A stretch of 64,000 bases of DNA. Origin: Octopus sinensis (lineage: Eukaryota). Position numbers and translations under genes: made by a program. Positions 12,234 to 26,263 of this stretch are shown in pieces (the first letter of the stretch is position 1; each line of letters begins with the position of its first letter). A model generated the notes under the pieces. That model saw nothing but the letters and a program-made list of their open reading frames with translations. It had not been told where the DNA came from and searched no databases. The stretch spans positions 26,474,001-26,538,000 of the forward strand of contig NC_042997.1 in NCBI RefSeq assembly GCF_006345805.1, in the 5' to 3' direction.

Positions 12234-12876
12234 TAATGATAATAATAATGATAATACTAATGATAATGTGTGTGTCCATATATGTATATATACGTATATA
12301 TACCCACACATACACAAACACGGACATTGAAACCTGATTTTTGAATTCTAACAGCTCATCTCACCAACTTAAGAAAAGTTACGGCTGACAATACCTGAGC
12401 AAGAACATCTGAAAACACGAGTTATGCTTGGTTAAAAGCATATCAACTTCAGATATGTTGCCGAGTAATACATGGGAAAACGTGTTAACATATTCACCAA
12501 TGCATTACCGATTTCAAAAACACGTAATATCTTCATCTATTTATTAACGACTGAAATCAAACGTACTTTTTCCTCTCTTCAGTGCCATATTCAAAACCAA
12601 ACTGGAGGGCAAGTTCATATGGTAAAGGTGAAACAACTGCCGTTAATGAGGTCTTAATATTAATGAATATAGTAATATTTGTCTAATAGAAGAACCATCA
12701 CTTCTGTTACGGCAAATCCATTGTTTGCACAAATTATGTTTGCTTGCCAGTTGGTAGCTCTAAGTTCCTAAATAATACCCATAGACGCATTCGCTAGAAT
12801 TTTATCTTTTGTTCGAAATACCAATTGGTATTTCGAACAATTGGAATTACTATGTTATTCATGTAAACGAAACTAT

Positions 12877-13090
12877 AACGTTAGCACGCCGGGCAAAATT
12901 CATAGCCGAATTTCGTCTGTCGCTACGTTCCGAGTTCAAATTCCGCCGAGATCGACTTTGCCTTTCATCCTTTCGGGGTCAATAAATTAAGTACCAGTTA
13001 CGCACTGGGGTCGATGTAGTCGACTTAATCCCTTTGTCTGTCCTTGTTTGTCCCCTCTGTGTTTAGCCCCTTGTGGGTAGTAAAGAAATA
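12877..13090 (+). mobile_element. SINE family C
   Basis: AACGTTAGCACGCCGGGC...GAGTTCAAATTCCGCCGAG..CGACTTTGCCTTTCATCCTTTCGGGGTC..TAAATTAAGTACCAG...TAAAGAAATA. Confidence 0.9.
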
Positions 13091-13265
13091 TATAACAGTT
13101 GCGGTGCTCATGCCTTCCCTATCTAGAAATGAAAACCAAGTAAAGTGAGAAAATATATTGAAATAGCTTTAACTTGAATAAATATAAAGTACAATTTCTA
13201 ATTAATTACAGAGTTCAAATCATAGACGAACAATGCATAAATAATCTGCAATCATATATCTTTTT

Positions 13266-13445
13266 CTTTTACTTGTTTCAGTCATTTCCCTGCGACCATG
13301 CTGGGGCACCGCAGGACTCCAGGACTTATTTTGATTTTAAGCCTGGTACTTGTTTCATCGGGTCCTTTTTGCCGATCCGCTAAGTTACGGGATCGTAAGC
13401 ACACCCAAAACCGGTTGTCAAGCGGCAGTGGGGAGAAACACACAT
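13266..13445 (-). mobile_element. SINE family B, 3' half, diverged
   Basis: TTTTACTTGTTTCAGTCATTT...CATGCTGG.GCACCGC...CCGGTTGTCAAGCG. Confidence 0.75.
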
Positions 13446-13645
13446 ATCGATACATAGAATCAAGGTTAATAAAGAGGCTAGTAGGGAGTGACAATCGTAG
13501 AGGTGGGAGGTAGGGGAAAGAAGAGAATGTGGTGCAGGTTGTATGTGAATGGTAGTCTATTGTATTAGTTTCTTTGAAGGCTATAGAATTAATGGTTGAG
13601 GTGATGAGAAAAGGAAACGGCCGTTATTTGAGTAAGCGTTTTTGT

Positions 13646-13719
13646 TTGTCTTAATAACTGATGAGATGCCGGAGCAGACTTCAGCCCGGCATCCGAAATT
13701 CTGAGTTTTATTATGACAA
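13646..13719 (+). ncRNA. Type I hammerhead ribozyme motif, near-canonical
   Basis: TTGTC-T-TAATAA / CTGATGA (13658-13664) / GATGCCGG..CCGGCATC (8-bp stem II) / C / GAAA (13695-13698) / TT-CTG-AG / TT / TTATTA-T-GACAA. Confidence 0.75.
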
Positions 13720-13808
13720 CGAACTAATTGTCACATATTATATTTATAGATAAATTCCTCTATTTACATAATATCGAGGTCATTCATTCTTTTGTTGTCA
13801 TATTATTA

Positions 13809-13881
<73 letters not shown>

Positions 13882-13886
13882 TATTA

Positions 13887-13941
<55 letters not shown>

Positions 13942-14029
13942 TATAATATGTATATAGATATTTATGTATATATATCCATACATACATACATGGTGGCTGC
14001 CCCCTCGTTATCGAGTATGGCCATTGCAC

Positions 14030-14522
14030 GAAGCTTAATCAATGTTTTTATTGTGCAATGCCTGTGCAAGAAGATTTTTTTAAAGTGAGGAAAGGCTGTG
14101 CACTGAGTCAATCCCACTTACTAAGCAAAGTAGCCATAATCCGAAAAGACGAACAAGTCAACATCATCAGTAACCACTGAGCTGCAGGTTTTATGTCGGA
14201 GTTATCCCAGTTACCTGAGTTACCTTCTCCTAGAAGGATGCCCTAACAAAGGTTAGGAGTCCTTCACTCCCAATGGTTTAACCGCGCGATCAGGTATTCA
14301 GTCCTATTATTTCTATGTCCCCGCGCATGATACAGCCTTAAGACATTTATTGGATGGCCGTTGACTCTCAAGAGTTCTTCCGCCCTTTGACGGGTTTTGT
14401 TTTTCATCCCGCAGGGTATCCAATAAACACCCTCCTCACCAAGAAAGCTTGGTGGGGTTGCCGGTTTAGTCGCCGACGACCTGACAATGCAACAGGTTTA
14501 TATGTTACCAGTAGCACTCGAA
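14030..14522 (-). mobile_element. Repeat resembling an RTE-clade LINE 5' region
   Basis: CCTTCTAGGAGAAGG and GGCAACCCCACC motifs that I associate with RTE 5' UTRs. No ORF. Identification from memory only. Confidence 0.35.
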
Positions 14523-14899
14523 AGTGACCTGACACACACACACATACATACATACATACATACATACATACATACATACATACATACATACATACTACAA
14601 ATATATGTATAGGAGGAGTACAAAGAACACACTACGTCCAGTGCGAATTAATAGTTGTGTATGGACATAATACATAATGTAGTATAAATATCACAGAACA
14701 GATCACTTGGGATCATTAATATTTGCTAACTGACCTCAACCATAGAGCACCTCTATAAACTATCCATACTGAAACACGATACGCATGCGCATGCATTGAA
14801 AACGTTTTGTTATCGCAGCAGTATCCAACACATACAGTTATTGCCATTATATTCAATCATTAACACAGAAAAACGACTATGACGCCCCATGGCACTAAT

Positions 14900-15350
14900 C
14901 ATCATCATTATTGTTCGACCGTGGTCGAGACAATGGAATTTACTATGTTACGCTAGACTTCACGGTCCATCATAGCATTACGGATGTCCTGTTTCTGGAT
15001 GCCTGTATCCCTGGAGATTACATCAGGCTAGGAGAGTGTGCGCCCTCTGGTATCGCGAGCAGATGGCTTCCAGAGGAGAAGAGTAGAAATTACCTCGTAT
15101 TCAGCTCTACAACAATGTCCAGGAAACTGGACTCTTCTACCTTTCACAAGCGATGATACAGGTGGTAATTTTCCATATATTTGTACTTTGGTTGGATGAC
15201 GCTCCAAGAGAGATTTTGAGCTCTCATATGGAGGCGAGCGTAAGATCCATCCAACCGCCTCTCAAGCTTCTTTGATAATACAGGATTATAATAAAAACGT
15301 TTGCCATACAGTTCAGTGCTGATAAATGCTATGTGCACGAAATATATACT
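14900..15350 (-). mobile_element. RTE-clade LINE 3' end
   Basis: KKLERRLDGSYARLHMRAQNLSW / QIYGKLPPVSSLVKGRRVQFPGHCCRA / PDVISRDTG..MMDRE, followed by a (TGA)n tail. Confidence 0.85.
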
Positions 15351-16545
15351 AGAACGGAAGTGGCATCGCTAAATGTAGACATCTGGTGAATCCTGCTGAG
15401 ATGTTCATCGAGACAAGAATAAGTTCAAAAGAACATCAATAGTCATATTCCGATATAGACATCTTTAACGGTTTCTGGTGTGTCTACATTCATATTAAAT
15501 AATATAAAGAAGAGAAAATCCGATATGCTAGATGTCACACTGCGTCCCAAAATATTACTGTCTTGCCTGTTGTGATGTATAACGTAATTCTTAAACAGAC
15601 AAAAGTATTATATATTGCAGCATTGAGTCTGTGGCTGCACAACCAGTCGTTCGATCTGCTACTTCCGTCCTGAATCGGCGCTATGCAATAACATATATTA
15701 AACCGTTACTAATTTCATTAAAATTAGATAACTAACAGAGTAGTACAGCCATGAATCTATTAACTTCTTTCTACAATATCCATCAACACTTATATTCTTG
15801 TAAATTTCGTAAATTGGCATAAGCCTATACATTTTAAGGTAAACAGAATCAGTGATGCAAGTAAAATGAAATGGCTGGCAACCAGTAATCGGAACCGTAT
15901 CTCTAATTCGGCTCATTGGAAACTTCTCTAACATTACAGCGCTCGCAACTATTTCTTTTATTATTAAAATATTGTCATTAACCTCTATTTAGAGCAGTGA
16001 ATTCTATACCATCTTCAATACGCTGATGTAATTTAAAGTACCTTTCAAGATTTTCACTGAAGCGTAAGGTCCTTTGGTGATCGAATGTGATTGATCTTTT
16101 CAGAAAGCTATTTCAGAACTAACTGTAGTTGACACTGTTAAGAACTGTAAGTAAATTATCAGAAGTGAGGCTAGGGCATAAGAAAATGAGACAGACAAAT
16201 TAGTTAAGTCTGGGTAGAAATTGCTCTTCTTGTTTCACAGATCATTAATTTATCCTTCCTTTTATATGTCCAGAAATGAAATTTATTCTCGAAATTAAAT
16301 TTATTCTGTAGCCGAATATCTGAACATGTGTCTTGTTTGATGTCTATCGGGCCATATATAATTAAAAATTAAATATATCACGATTAAATTCAATTTAATA
16401 CCAATATATCTATCGTTTGACAGAAGCAAGATAAAAACTTTCTCGTAGTCCCATATGGTTTTTAATTCGTGCATAGTTCTATTTGTTTCGGCCTTACACG
16501 ATGGATTAGAACATTACCAGTCATTAACCCCTTCATCCATGAATG

Positions 16546-17018
16546 ATGTGCGTGCAAAACCATCCGTGAGTTATCAGAGAGTGTGCAGATTAGTTGCGTT
16601 TCATTTCAGTCCATTATCACTGAGGAATTGGGTATGAGATCCGTGTCTGCCAAGTTTGTGCCAAAACCGCTTTCAGCTGACCAAAAAGACACACGGGTTT
16701 CATTTGCACACGATCTCCTTGAGTGTGTTGAAACGATGAATCTGACAGATCGATCCAGGTTAATCGAACAGAGACAGTTATTAAAGACAGGGGAGAAAAC
16801 ACTTGTAGACTACTAAATGCAAATGTTCCTCTGATAAAAATATATCTGTAAAGGATATTAAGTGAATATAAGGAGAGGTCCATAAAATATATTCGGCAAA
16901 TGGTGGGGAGGTCAGCCATAGAGAGAAAAGAATCTTCGAACTCTTGGGGTCAGCAGAGGTGAAATATGTGTACTACTACCAGTGGCCACTGAGAGCGCTG
17001 CCTTGAAATGAAGCAATT
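16546..17018 (+). repeat. Composite repeat (mariner transposase piece + unrelated ~280-bp segment), near-duplicate of 19623-20076
   Basis: IITEELGMRSVSAKFVPKPLSADQKDTRVSFAHDLLECVE, then a shared non-mariner sequence ending GAGAGCGCTGCCTTGAAA.GAAGCAATT. Confidence 0.85.
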
Positions 17019-17962
17019 CAACCTGTTCTATTTGTAATTACTAGTAGAAACGCTTATACGGGCACTATAAGAAACGATGTTGTCATTTACGTTCAACTGG
17101 CGTCCTAGCTAATGAAATGTTCGTCAGTTTCAATGTGTTGTTAATGCTTAAATCTATAACCTATAAGGATCTCACGTAACTAGTTACATTCAGGTGGTCC
17201 AATTCATTTTGGTACAATCGATTTCGACTGTTAAGCCGCTAAAATAGTCACTCTACGAAATGCTATTCATTTTTGGTCCGGGAACAAGTATAATAATTAT
17301 GTGTTATCGAGAATACAGTCATATAATTCACCTATTTTTCTGCGTTTATCTTAATAGATATCATTGCATCATCAAATATCACATTACCATCAACCACAAA
17401 AATTATATATAATTTTCTGTTGCCAGATTTATTTTTATAGCCTTTTGAGACAGTATTCTTCTTATACTGGTGTCAAAACAAACTGATTTTGTAATATCAA
17501 ATTCGTCTGCAGTAAAATAAATCATTCATATTTTCTAATAACCCCTCCGTTCAATCGTAAAAATATCAGTTTATAGCTATATAAAAATGCAAATTGAATT
17601 ACACAAGTTTTATTTCAGAGAAAAGCTACGTATTTGACATAGCAATTTGTCGAAAATTTGCGAAGAGACGGGAATCGTCAACAAATGATTCTGACTGTCA
17701 TATTTCTAAAAAAATATATACATATTCAGCCTTACAATATTATTACAGGTATTACGCTTAAAAGAAAATTGACGTTACTGTACACTTAACGGTAGCATGA
17801 AATCCCGTGACGTGAAACATTTTTCATAAGTTTATATATTACAAGTAAATTAATGTACGTATATGTCAATGCATATGGAAATCATTGAGGGTTACTTTTC
17901 CGTTAGGGGATTTCGAGTTAAGCATTATATTTGGGAATAGATCGCTTTGGTACGCCAAATTT

Positions 17963-18146
17963 GTTAGCACGTCGGTCGAAATACTTGACAGCATTTGGTT
18001 CGTCTTTACCATTTTAGTTCAAATACTGCCTAGGTCGAATTTGGCTTTAATCCATTCGGGGTCGATAAGATAAGTACCAGTTGAGCACTGGGTCAATGTA
18101 ATCGATTTCACCCTACCCCACGAAATCGCTGGCCTTGTGACAAAAC
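17963..18146 (+). mobile_element. SINE family C, diverged
   Basis: GTTAGCACGTCGG...TTCGGGGTCGATAAGATAAGTACCAGTTGAGCACTGGG. Confidence 0.75.
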
Positions 18147-18391
18147 TCTCCTAATGATTCAGGCCAAGCCAAGGTGGCAATTTGTTTTCCAGCACCCAGT
18201 CACATTTCGATTTTCCTCCTTATCTTACCTTTTTTCTGACTCTGACTTCGAGTGTAAGCAGTCTCTGGAAGAAGACGGGGTACCTGCTGGACAGAAGACC
18301 TTCAACGTTGGTTCCAACTTCATCCGCACTATTATACAGTACTATAGTAGGAGACACTTGCCCAAGGTGCAACACTGTGGGACTGAGACCA

Positions 18392-18771
<380 letters not shown>

Positions 18772-19159
18772 GGTAAGATCCACGGATCGAGGTGTAGGAA
18801 GAAAGTGAGCTTCAAGGAATCTGTAGAAATTTTAAAAACCAACTTTCAGGAACAGTAGTGGTTTTTTGGTGCGGAAGGTTGTGAATTTTTCCCTTATCGA
18901 ATTATGATAAGCTGACAGAAATTATTTTATAGTTCACGGTTGGCAACCCGGGTTACTGTGCATGCGATTAAAAATCCCAAAGTTAAGGAATGACGTAGAT
19001 TAAACTCCGGCTACAAATGTTTCATTGCGAGTGGAAACTAGGAAGTAGTAAGTATCTAAGCGAAGTTTTAGTTTACTCTTCAGACCAAGGTTAATTTGAT
19101 TGATTATATGAAGTTTCCTTTGTCGTTAGTAGGCCCATATTAACAGACGGAGGACTTGA

Positions 19160-19223
<64 letters not shown>

Positions 19224-19252
19224 ATATATGTATGTATGTATATATGTATATA

Positions 19253-19815
19253 CGACGTGTGATCAATAAGGGTCCGGACTGCTGCTATAGTAACGTAGCT
19301 AAAGCCGTTTGGCAAAGATTGATTTTGGACTATGTTGTACATGCGCATTAAGTTTCAACGTTCTAGCTTACTTCTGCTCTTTACAGCAGTACTTTGAAGG
19401 AAGGTGTGTAGCGGGTGATAGTCTCATTGAACATGACAGAGAATGTCGTGATGGTGATACCTACTCAGAGGCCTACATAAAGTTGCAGAATGTGTATGGA
19501 GAGGAGGGTATGAGCCGCACACAAGTGCACGAGTGGTTCAGATGTTTCCAAGATGGTCGAAAAAATGTCGATAGTGACGAACATTCTGAAAGACCTGAGC
19601 AGAACTAAGAAAGACATCACATATGTGCGTGGAGTACCATCCGTGAGTTATCAGAGGATGTGCAAATCAGTTGCGTTTCCAGTCCATTATCACTGAGGAT
19701 TTGGGTTGAGACCCGTGTCTGCCCAGATTGTGCCAAAATTGCTTTCAGCTGACCAAAGAGACACACGGGTTTCATTTGCACACGATCTCCTTGAGTGTGT
19801 TGAGAACGATGAATC
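19253..19815 (+). mobile_element. Mariner transposon 5' part (left TIR + HTH region)
   Basis: TA then CGACGTGTGATCAATAAG, matching the right TIR at ~56250-56276 in reverse. YIKLQNVYGEEGMSRTQVHEWFRCFQDGRKNVDSDEHSERP. Confidence 0.85.
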
Positions 19816-20111
19816 TGACAGATCGATCCAGGTTAATCGACCAGGCACAGGGAGAAAAGACTTGTACACTACTAAATGTAAATTTTCCTCTGATAAAAAT
19901 ATATCTGTAAAGGATATTAAGTAAATATAAGGACAGGTCCATAAAATACATTCGGCAGTGGGTGGGGAGGTCAGCATAGAGACGAAAGAATCTTCGAACT
20001 CTTGGGGTCAGCAGAGGTGAAATATGTGCACTACTAGCAGTGGCAACTGAGAGCGCTGCCTTGAAAAGAAGCAATTTAATCAGTTGTATTTAAAATTGCT
20101 GGTAGAAAAAA

Positions 20112-20157
<46 letters not shown>

Positions 20158-20160
20158 AAT

Positions 20161-20197
<37 letters not shown>

Positions 20198-21354
20198 CTG
20201 ATATTGACGTTGTTGAATTTTTGAAATTCTGAAATTCAATTATGTTGTTGCAATAAAAGTTGTGTTTGTGTATTTAGGTAATATATTAACGTTTTAATGT
20301 TTTCTTGAGATTTTTATTTGACTGTCCAGTTGGAGAATACAGTAGGGCTTTTGCAATTAAAAGGATGGTTGCATTTTCGAATACTCAGGGAAAGCCAAAA
20401 AGAAAAGAAAACAAGTTGTAGGTTGTAAAGTTTTAAGATTTACTAAATATGGTCTTTTGTATGACCGCTCAGAGAGAAATGGTAGTGTTCTTAGAATAAA
20501 AAGGAGGAGGATGTTTACACCCAGGAAGAAAGGAAATAACAGGCATCAAAACAGTAGTTGTAGATAGTAAAGTCTATTTTTTTATAGTTGATCGTTTGTA
20601 TGTTCGAATGCTGTTCGTATGTAAGTTTCCAACCTTATTTTATGGACTTGTCCTATTTACTTAATAACTTTTACATATGTTATTTTGTGGGAGATTTAAA
20701 ATATTCACAGGAAATTGTTGCTATTCCAGTCTTTGGGAATAGTAGGAGGAAGAGATGTTCACATTGTTGGTTTTTTGAATTTCTGAATTTCTTTTTCTTT
20801 TGGAATGTTTCATTTCTCAGCAGCTGAAGACACAGAAACACTAATCCAAACCAGCAGAACAACTGAAAAATAACTCAAAATGACTGGAATATCTACTGTT
20901 ACCTCTGAGTATTTTGAATTTCCCTCAAAATAAGTTAAGGAACTTACATATCTACAACTTTCGAACACATAAACGATCAGCTTAAAAACCTTTAATATCT
21001 ACACCCTCTGTGAATAACTATCATTTCCTTTCCCCCTCAATATTCGAAAATGTAAACATCCTCTTTATTCCAAGAACACTAGTGTTTTCTGTTCGGATAG
21101 ACAAAAGATCATCTAAAGTATATTTTAAAAACTTCATATCTACAATTTTCTGTGAAAAAAAGTTACCTTCCTTTTCTTTCCGTTCCTTTTTCCCTGAATA
21201 TTCGAAAATGTAAACACGCCTTTTATGGTAACAGCACAATTAAATGCACGATAAAAAATTAATGAAGTAAGCACCTGCCAATATATACATACTGCACAAC
21301 TACAAAAACTGTAAAACACAGCAAAACTTGAAAAAAATTATTATTATTATTTTT

Positions 21355-21900
21355 TTCATACGCACTCAACAGATTAGACAGTTGGAAAAGAAAAAAATCC
21401 TAACATCGGACTATAACAAAGAACCTTAGATTCCAAGAACTCTCCTATCTAGTTACAACAAGTAACCTTAGATGCCAAGAACCCTCCTAAGTATCCTAGC
21501 TTTCCTTAATAACACTGCTTTCTGGAGCTGCACTAATCTGGGTTTTACGCCTATTTCCTCTATCCGCACTTTCCATACTCTAATTCAATAGCTAGGTCCT
21601 GGTACTTCGCTATTTGTTCTATACTTCTCATATTATTATTTTCATCATTTTGGACTGTAAAGTCAATTACGTGGCACTTTCTGTTCTTTTTATCTACTAT
21701 TACCAAATCAAACTTTCTAGCTTCTATCACTGTCAGTCTGAATGTAAAGGTCCCATATCTTATATTTCTTACTTTGTAGTAATTTACTGCATTCTTATTC
21801 ATACAATTTGTCAGTGGATTACTCTCTAAGATTGTCGTGTCTTTTCTTGTATTCTTTCTTCTGTGCCAGCATGCTACATTCACATAGTATATGAATAACA
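21355..21900 (-). mobile_element. R4/Dong-clade endonuclease region and 3' end, decayed
   Basis: VIEARKFDLVIVDKKNRKCHVIDFTVQND..IAKYQDLAIEL and LQKAVLLRKARILRRVLGI*. 3' end abuts (TAA)n. Confidence 0.85.
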
Positions 21901-22139
21901 AATTCCTCTTTTGATTTGCATGACCTACATTGGAAATCTACAGTTTGATTCGGCTCCAATCGGTTTAAAGTTTCGCGGGCATCTAGCCGGAACCCGTCCC
22001 GTGCAAGCCTGGTTTACTGAATGGAGAAGCACAGTAAGTCCAAGATGGCTACCAGAAAATACGCTGCCAATGGTCATAGTGGATCACATGATGTTGTCAG
22101 TGTAAGATCGGTTGTACGTGTTTTTTGTGTATATGTCTT

Positions 22140-22194
<55 letters not shown>

Positions 22195-22213
22195 ATTATA
22201 TATGTATATGTAT

Positions 22214-22629
22214 AGGCATAGGAGTGGCTGTGTGGTAAGTAGCTTGCTTACCAACCACATGGTCCTGGGTTCAGTCCCACTGCGTGGCATCTTCGGCAAA
22301 TGTCTTCTACTATAGCCTCAGGCCGACCAAAGTCTTGTGAGTGGATTTGGTAGACGGAAACTGAAAGAGGACCGTCGTATATATGTATATATATATGTGT
22401 GTGTATATGTTTGTGTATCTGTGTTTGTCTCCCCCCCCCCCAACTTCGCTTGACAACAACCGATGGTGGTGTGTTTACGTCCCCGTAACTTAGCGATTCG
22501 GCAAAAGGGACCGATCGAATAAGTAGTAGGCATACAAAGAATAAGTCCAGGGTTCGATTAGCTCAACTAAAGGTGGTGCTCCAGCGTGGCCACAGTCAAA
22601 TGACTGAGACAAATAAAAGAGTAAAGAGT
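22214..22629 (+). mobile_element. SINE family B, full length
   Basis: AGGCATAGGAGTGGCTGTGTGGTAAG...AAAAGAGTAAAGAG. Confidence 0.9.
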
Positions 22630-23331
22630 ATGTTTGTGTATGTGTGTGTGTGTACATATGTATGTATGTATATATACATATATCAATGTAGATGTATGTA
22701 TGTACTCACTATTAGAGAGCAGAACCGTTTGGTCATGGTCAGAAACCGCTAATCATGGAACTGCTTGATCTGGGCTGATCTTGGATAATAATAGTAACAC
22801 ACACTATCATTATCATCAGCACCATCATAACGACAATCGTCATTGGAATGGTCATCGTTATAGACAAAAACATGATCACTAGAAAACGACTATTCTCATA
22901 ATTACTGGTGGTGAGGTTGGTGTTGGTTCTATCATCAAAACATTTACAGTGTTGACAATTATCGACGCAATCACAAATATTGATGCGATAATCAGTTCTA
23001 CTAAGAACGTCATCACCACCATCGCCACCATCTTTACTACTATCACTAGCACCATTACTACCATCAATTCATCCATCATTAGTATCTCTAGTATCATAAT
23101 CATATTCATTATTAATAAGATCCCCGTTACCCTCAGGAATACTAGTAGCATTAGTAGCCACAACAGTAGCAGCAGCCGTTCAAGAATTTGGACCTGGAGA
23201 TCAACATTTCCAGCAACTTCGAGGGCCACCTCCCAGTGGTGTCGGGCGTCAACGAAGAGCCCTCGACTACAACAAGACGACCAAATTTTTTTTTCCAAGG
23301 TCTGGGGTTTCCCGCTCCTAAGCCCTAGACC

Positions 23332-23560
23332 TATTTATTTATTACCCACAAGGGGCTAAACACAGAGGGGACAAACAAGGACAGACATAGGTAATAAGTC
23401 GATTACATCGACCCCAGTGCGTAACTGGTACTTAATTTATCGACCCCGAAAGGATGAAAGGCAAAGTCGACCTCGGCGGAATTTGAACTCACAACGTAAC
23501 GCAGACGAAATACCGCTAAGCATTTCGCCCGGCGTGCTAACGTTTCTGCCAGCTCGCCGA
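23332..23560 (-). mobile_element. SINE family C, full length, 15-bp TSD
   Basis: CCTAAGCCCTAGACC at 23317-23331 and 23561-23575. Confidence 0.93.
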
Positions 23561-23776
23561 CCTAAGCCCTAGACCATCACCTAATCACCCTTACCCGTCT
23601 TGTTGCTTAACAACAACAACAAACAGAGCTACCACCAGCTGCACCACCGCCAGCACCATCAACATCCCCACTAACACCAATATCAGAAATAACAAGGTTA
23701 GCGAAATGGATAGCCTCTACGTGACCAACTAGAAATAGGGACCACATCTCTCTCAAATAACACGTGATATTATTTA

Positions 23777-24169
23777 TACTCTTTTACTCTTTTACTTATT
23801 TCAGTCATTTGACTGCGGCCATGATGGAGCACCGCCTTTAGTCGAGCAAATCAAGCCCATACTTATTCTTTGGAAGCCTAGTACTTATTCTATCAGTCTT
23901 TTTTTACCGAACCGCAAAGTTACTGGGACGTAAACACACTAGCATCGGTTGTCAAGCGATGTTGGGGGACAAGCACAGACACTAAAACACACACATTCAC
24001 ATATATACGACGAGCTTCTTTCAGTTTCCTTCTACCAAATCCACTCACAAGGCTTTGGTTGACCCGAGGCTATAATAGAAAAGACTTGCCCAAGGTGCCA
24101 CGTGGTGTGACTGAACCCGGAACCATGTGGTTCGTAAGCAAGTTTCTTACCACACAGCCACTCCTGCGC
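23777..24169 (-). mobile_element. SINE family B, full length
   Basis: Reverse complement of the B consensus, ending ...CCACACAGCCACTCCTGCGC. Confidence 0.9.
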
Positions 24170-24851
24170 TTATATGTAGATCACATTAGAAAATGTATTC
24201 TTGAGGACAAATTGCTAAGATAAAGAGGGGATGGTCATATTTAGGATGTCTTTGATCAAAGGTTTACTCGAATAGGGCTTATTATAACCACAATCAGTCC
24301 CTATCTAAGAACGACAAAACTAATGTTTACAACATAGCTTCGATCAGTGTTGCACAATATTTCTTTGACTCTCGCACACTTCTTTGAAGTCAAATTACCA
24401 TTGTCGTTCCCTTCGATGCTAGGAATTGAAAGGCAATTATTATTTGAAACATTGATTAATCAGATGTATATTATATGAAAACAAAGTGCTTATAAAAATA
24501 ACCATTTTTATTGAGAAAGAGTTGTGTATGAGTAAACAAATTTCTATGAAGACAAAGCTATAAGGACTGATATAAATTAACTTTAATCATGTGTTTTATA
24601 TTCCCAAAATATTATAAACGAAAATATTGCTAATGAACTTCTTCAGCTATTTTTTGTATTCCCTTGTCATGTTAATTTCTTAAACAAAATATATATAAAA
24701 TAACAAAATAATAGTAATATTATTAAAATCACAATGCAACAAGAAGGAAAATGAATCTGTGTAGCACCTTATAAGTTTCAAACTTGAGGTCGATGAGTAC
24801 TCGAAAGTATTTCAACTCAAACACGTGCGCGCGCACACACATATGAGAGTG

Positions 24852-25217
24852 GCACTCCGTCGGTTACGACGACGAGGGTTCTAGTTGATCCGTTCAACGG
24901 AACAGCCAGCTCGTGAAGTTAACGTGCAGGTGGCTGAGAACTCCACAGACACATATACCCTTAACATAGTTCTCGGGGAGATTCAGTGTGACACTGAGTG
25001 TGACAAGGCTGGCCCTTTGAAATACAGGTACAACAGAAGAAACAGGAAGAAAGTGTGAGAGAAAGTTTTGGTGAAAGAGTACAGCAGGGATCACCACCAT
25101 CCCCTGCCGGAGCCTCGTGGAGCTTTAGGTGTTTTCGCTCAATAATCACTCACAATGCCCGGTCTGGGAACCGAATTTGCGAGTCCGCTGCCCTAAACAC
25201 TGGGCCATTGCGTCTCC
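24852..25217 (-). mobile_element. SINE family A
   Basis: GCACTCCGTCGGTTACGACGA...CACTGGGCCATTGCGTCTCC. Confidence 0.9.
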
Positions 25218-25340
25218 ACACACACACACACAAACACACATAATGCTTGGAAAAATAAAATGGGCTTTAATGTGGCACTCCTTTATTTCATCTGTTACAT
25301 ATGTTTCAGTATTCAGTAACACATGATGTCAGACAATGGA

Positions 25341-25724
25341 TGGAAGCACTCCGTCGGTTACGACGATGAGGGTTCCGGTTGATCCGAATCAACGGAACAG
25401 CCTGCCCGTGAAATTAACGTGTAAGTGGCTGAGCACTTCACAGACACGTGCACCATTAACGTAGTTCTCGAGGATATTCAGCGTGACACAGAGAGTGACA
25501 AGGCCGGCCCCTTGAAATACAGGTACAACAGAAACAGGAAGTAAGAGTGAGAGAAAGTTGTGGTGAAAGAGTACAGCAGGGATCACCACCATCCCCTGCC
25601 GGAGCCTCGTGGAGCTTTTAGGTGTTTTCGCTCAATAAACACTCACTACGCCCGGTCTGGGAATCGAAACCGCGATCCTATGACCGCGAGTCCGCTGCCC
25701 TAACCACTGGGCCATTGCGCCTCC
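25341..25724 (-). mobile_element. SINE family A, full length, 11-bp TSD
   Basis: TGTCAGACAAT at 25327-25337 and 25729-25739. Confidence 0.92.
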
Positions 25725-26109
25725 ACCTTGTCAGACAATAGACGCAGTCTGTAGACGCATTTAAGTAAACATTTTCTTAGACAGCGAGATTAATTTGACA
25801 GCTGGCACACTTAATCAAATGTAAAGAACTGCAACACAGATAATCTTTGATAAAGATCTCTTGAAGATCTATATTATGGTACATCCCCAAGACTCTCCAC
25901 ATTTCCTAGTCTTGATGATCGGGAGAAGTATCATTTTAACTTCCCTCTCTTTGCCTCTCTCTACCTCATGCTCTCTCTGTCTCTTCATATATATATATAT
26001 GTATATATATATAAATTGTAGATAATATTATAATCCAAGGTGTGCCCCCTTGAACACCATCTGCTTATTCCAGTACTCCAAAATTGTATTAGGTTGTTAT
26101 ATTTGTGTG

Positions 26110-26177
26110 AAGTATGCATGACAGTTGAAAAATACCGGAAAATATTTTTTTGCAAATTCCTATTTTCATATCAAAAT

Positions 26178-26263
<86 letters not shown>

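Noticed and set aside
22949-23359. 136-aa plus and 139-aa minus ORFs
   Set aside because: Mostly decayed (ATC/ACC)n low-complexity sequence running into a SINE. Only the short GC3-biased frame was kept as a finding.
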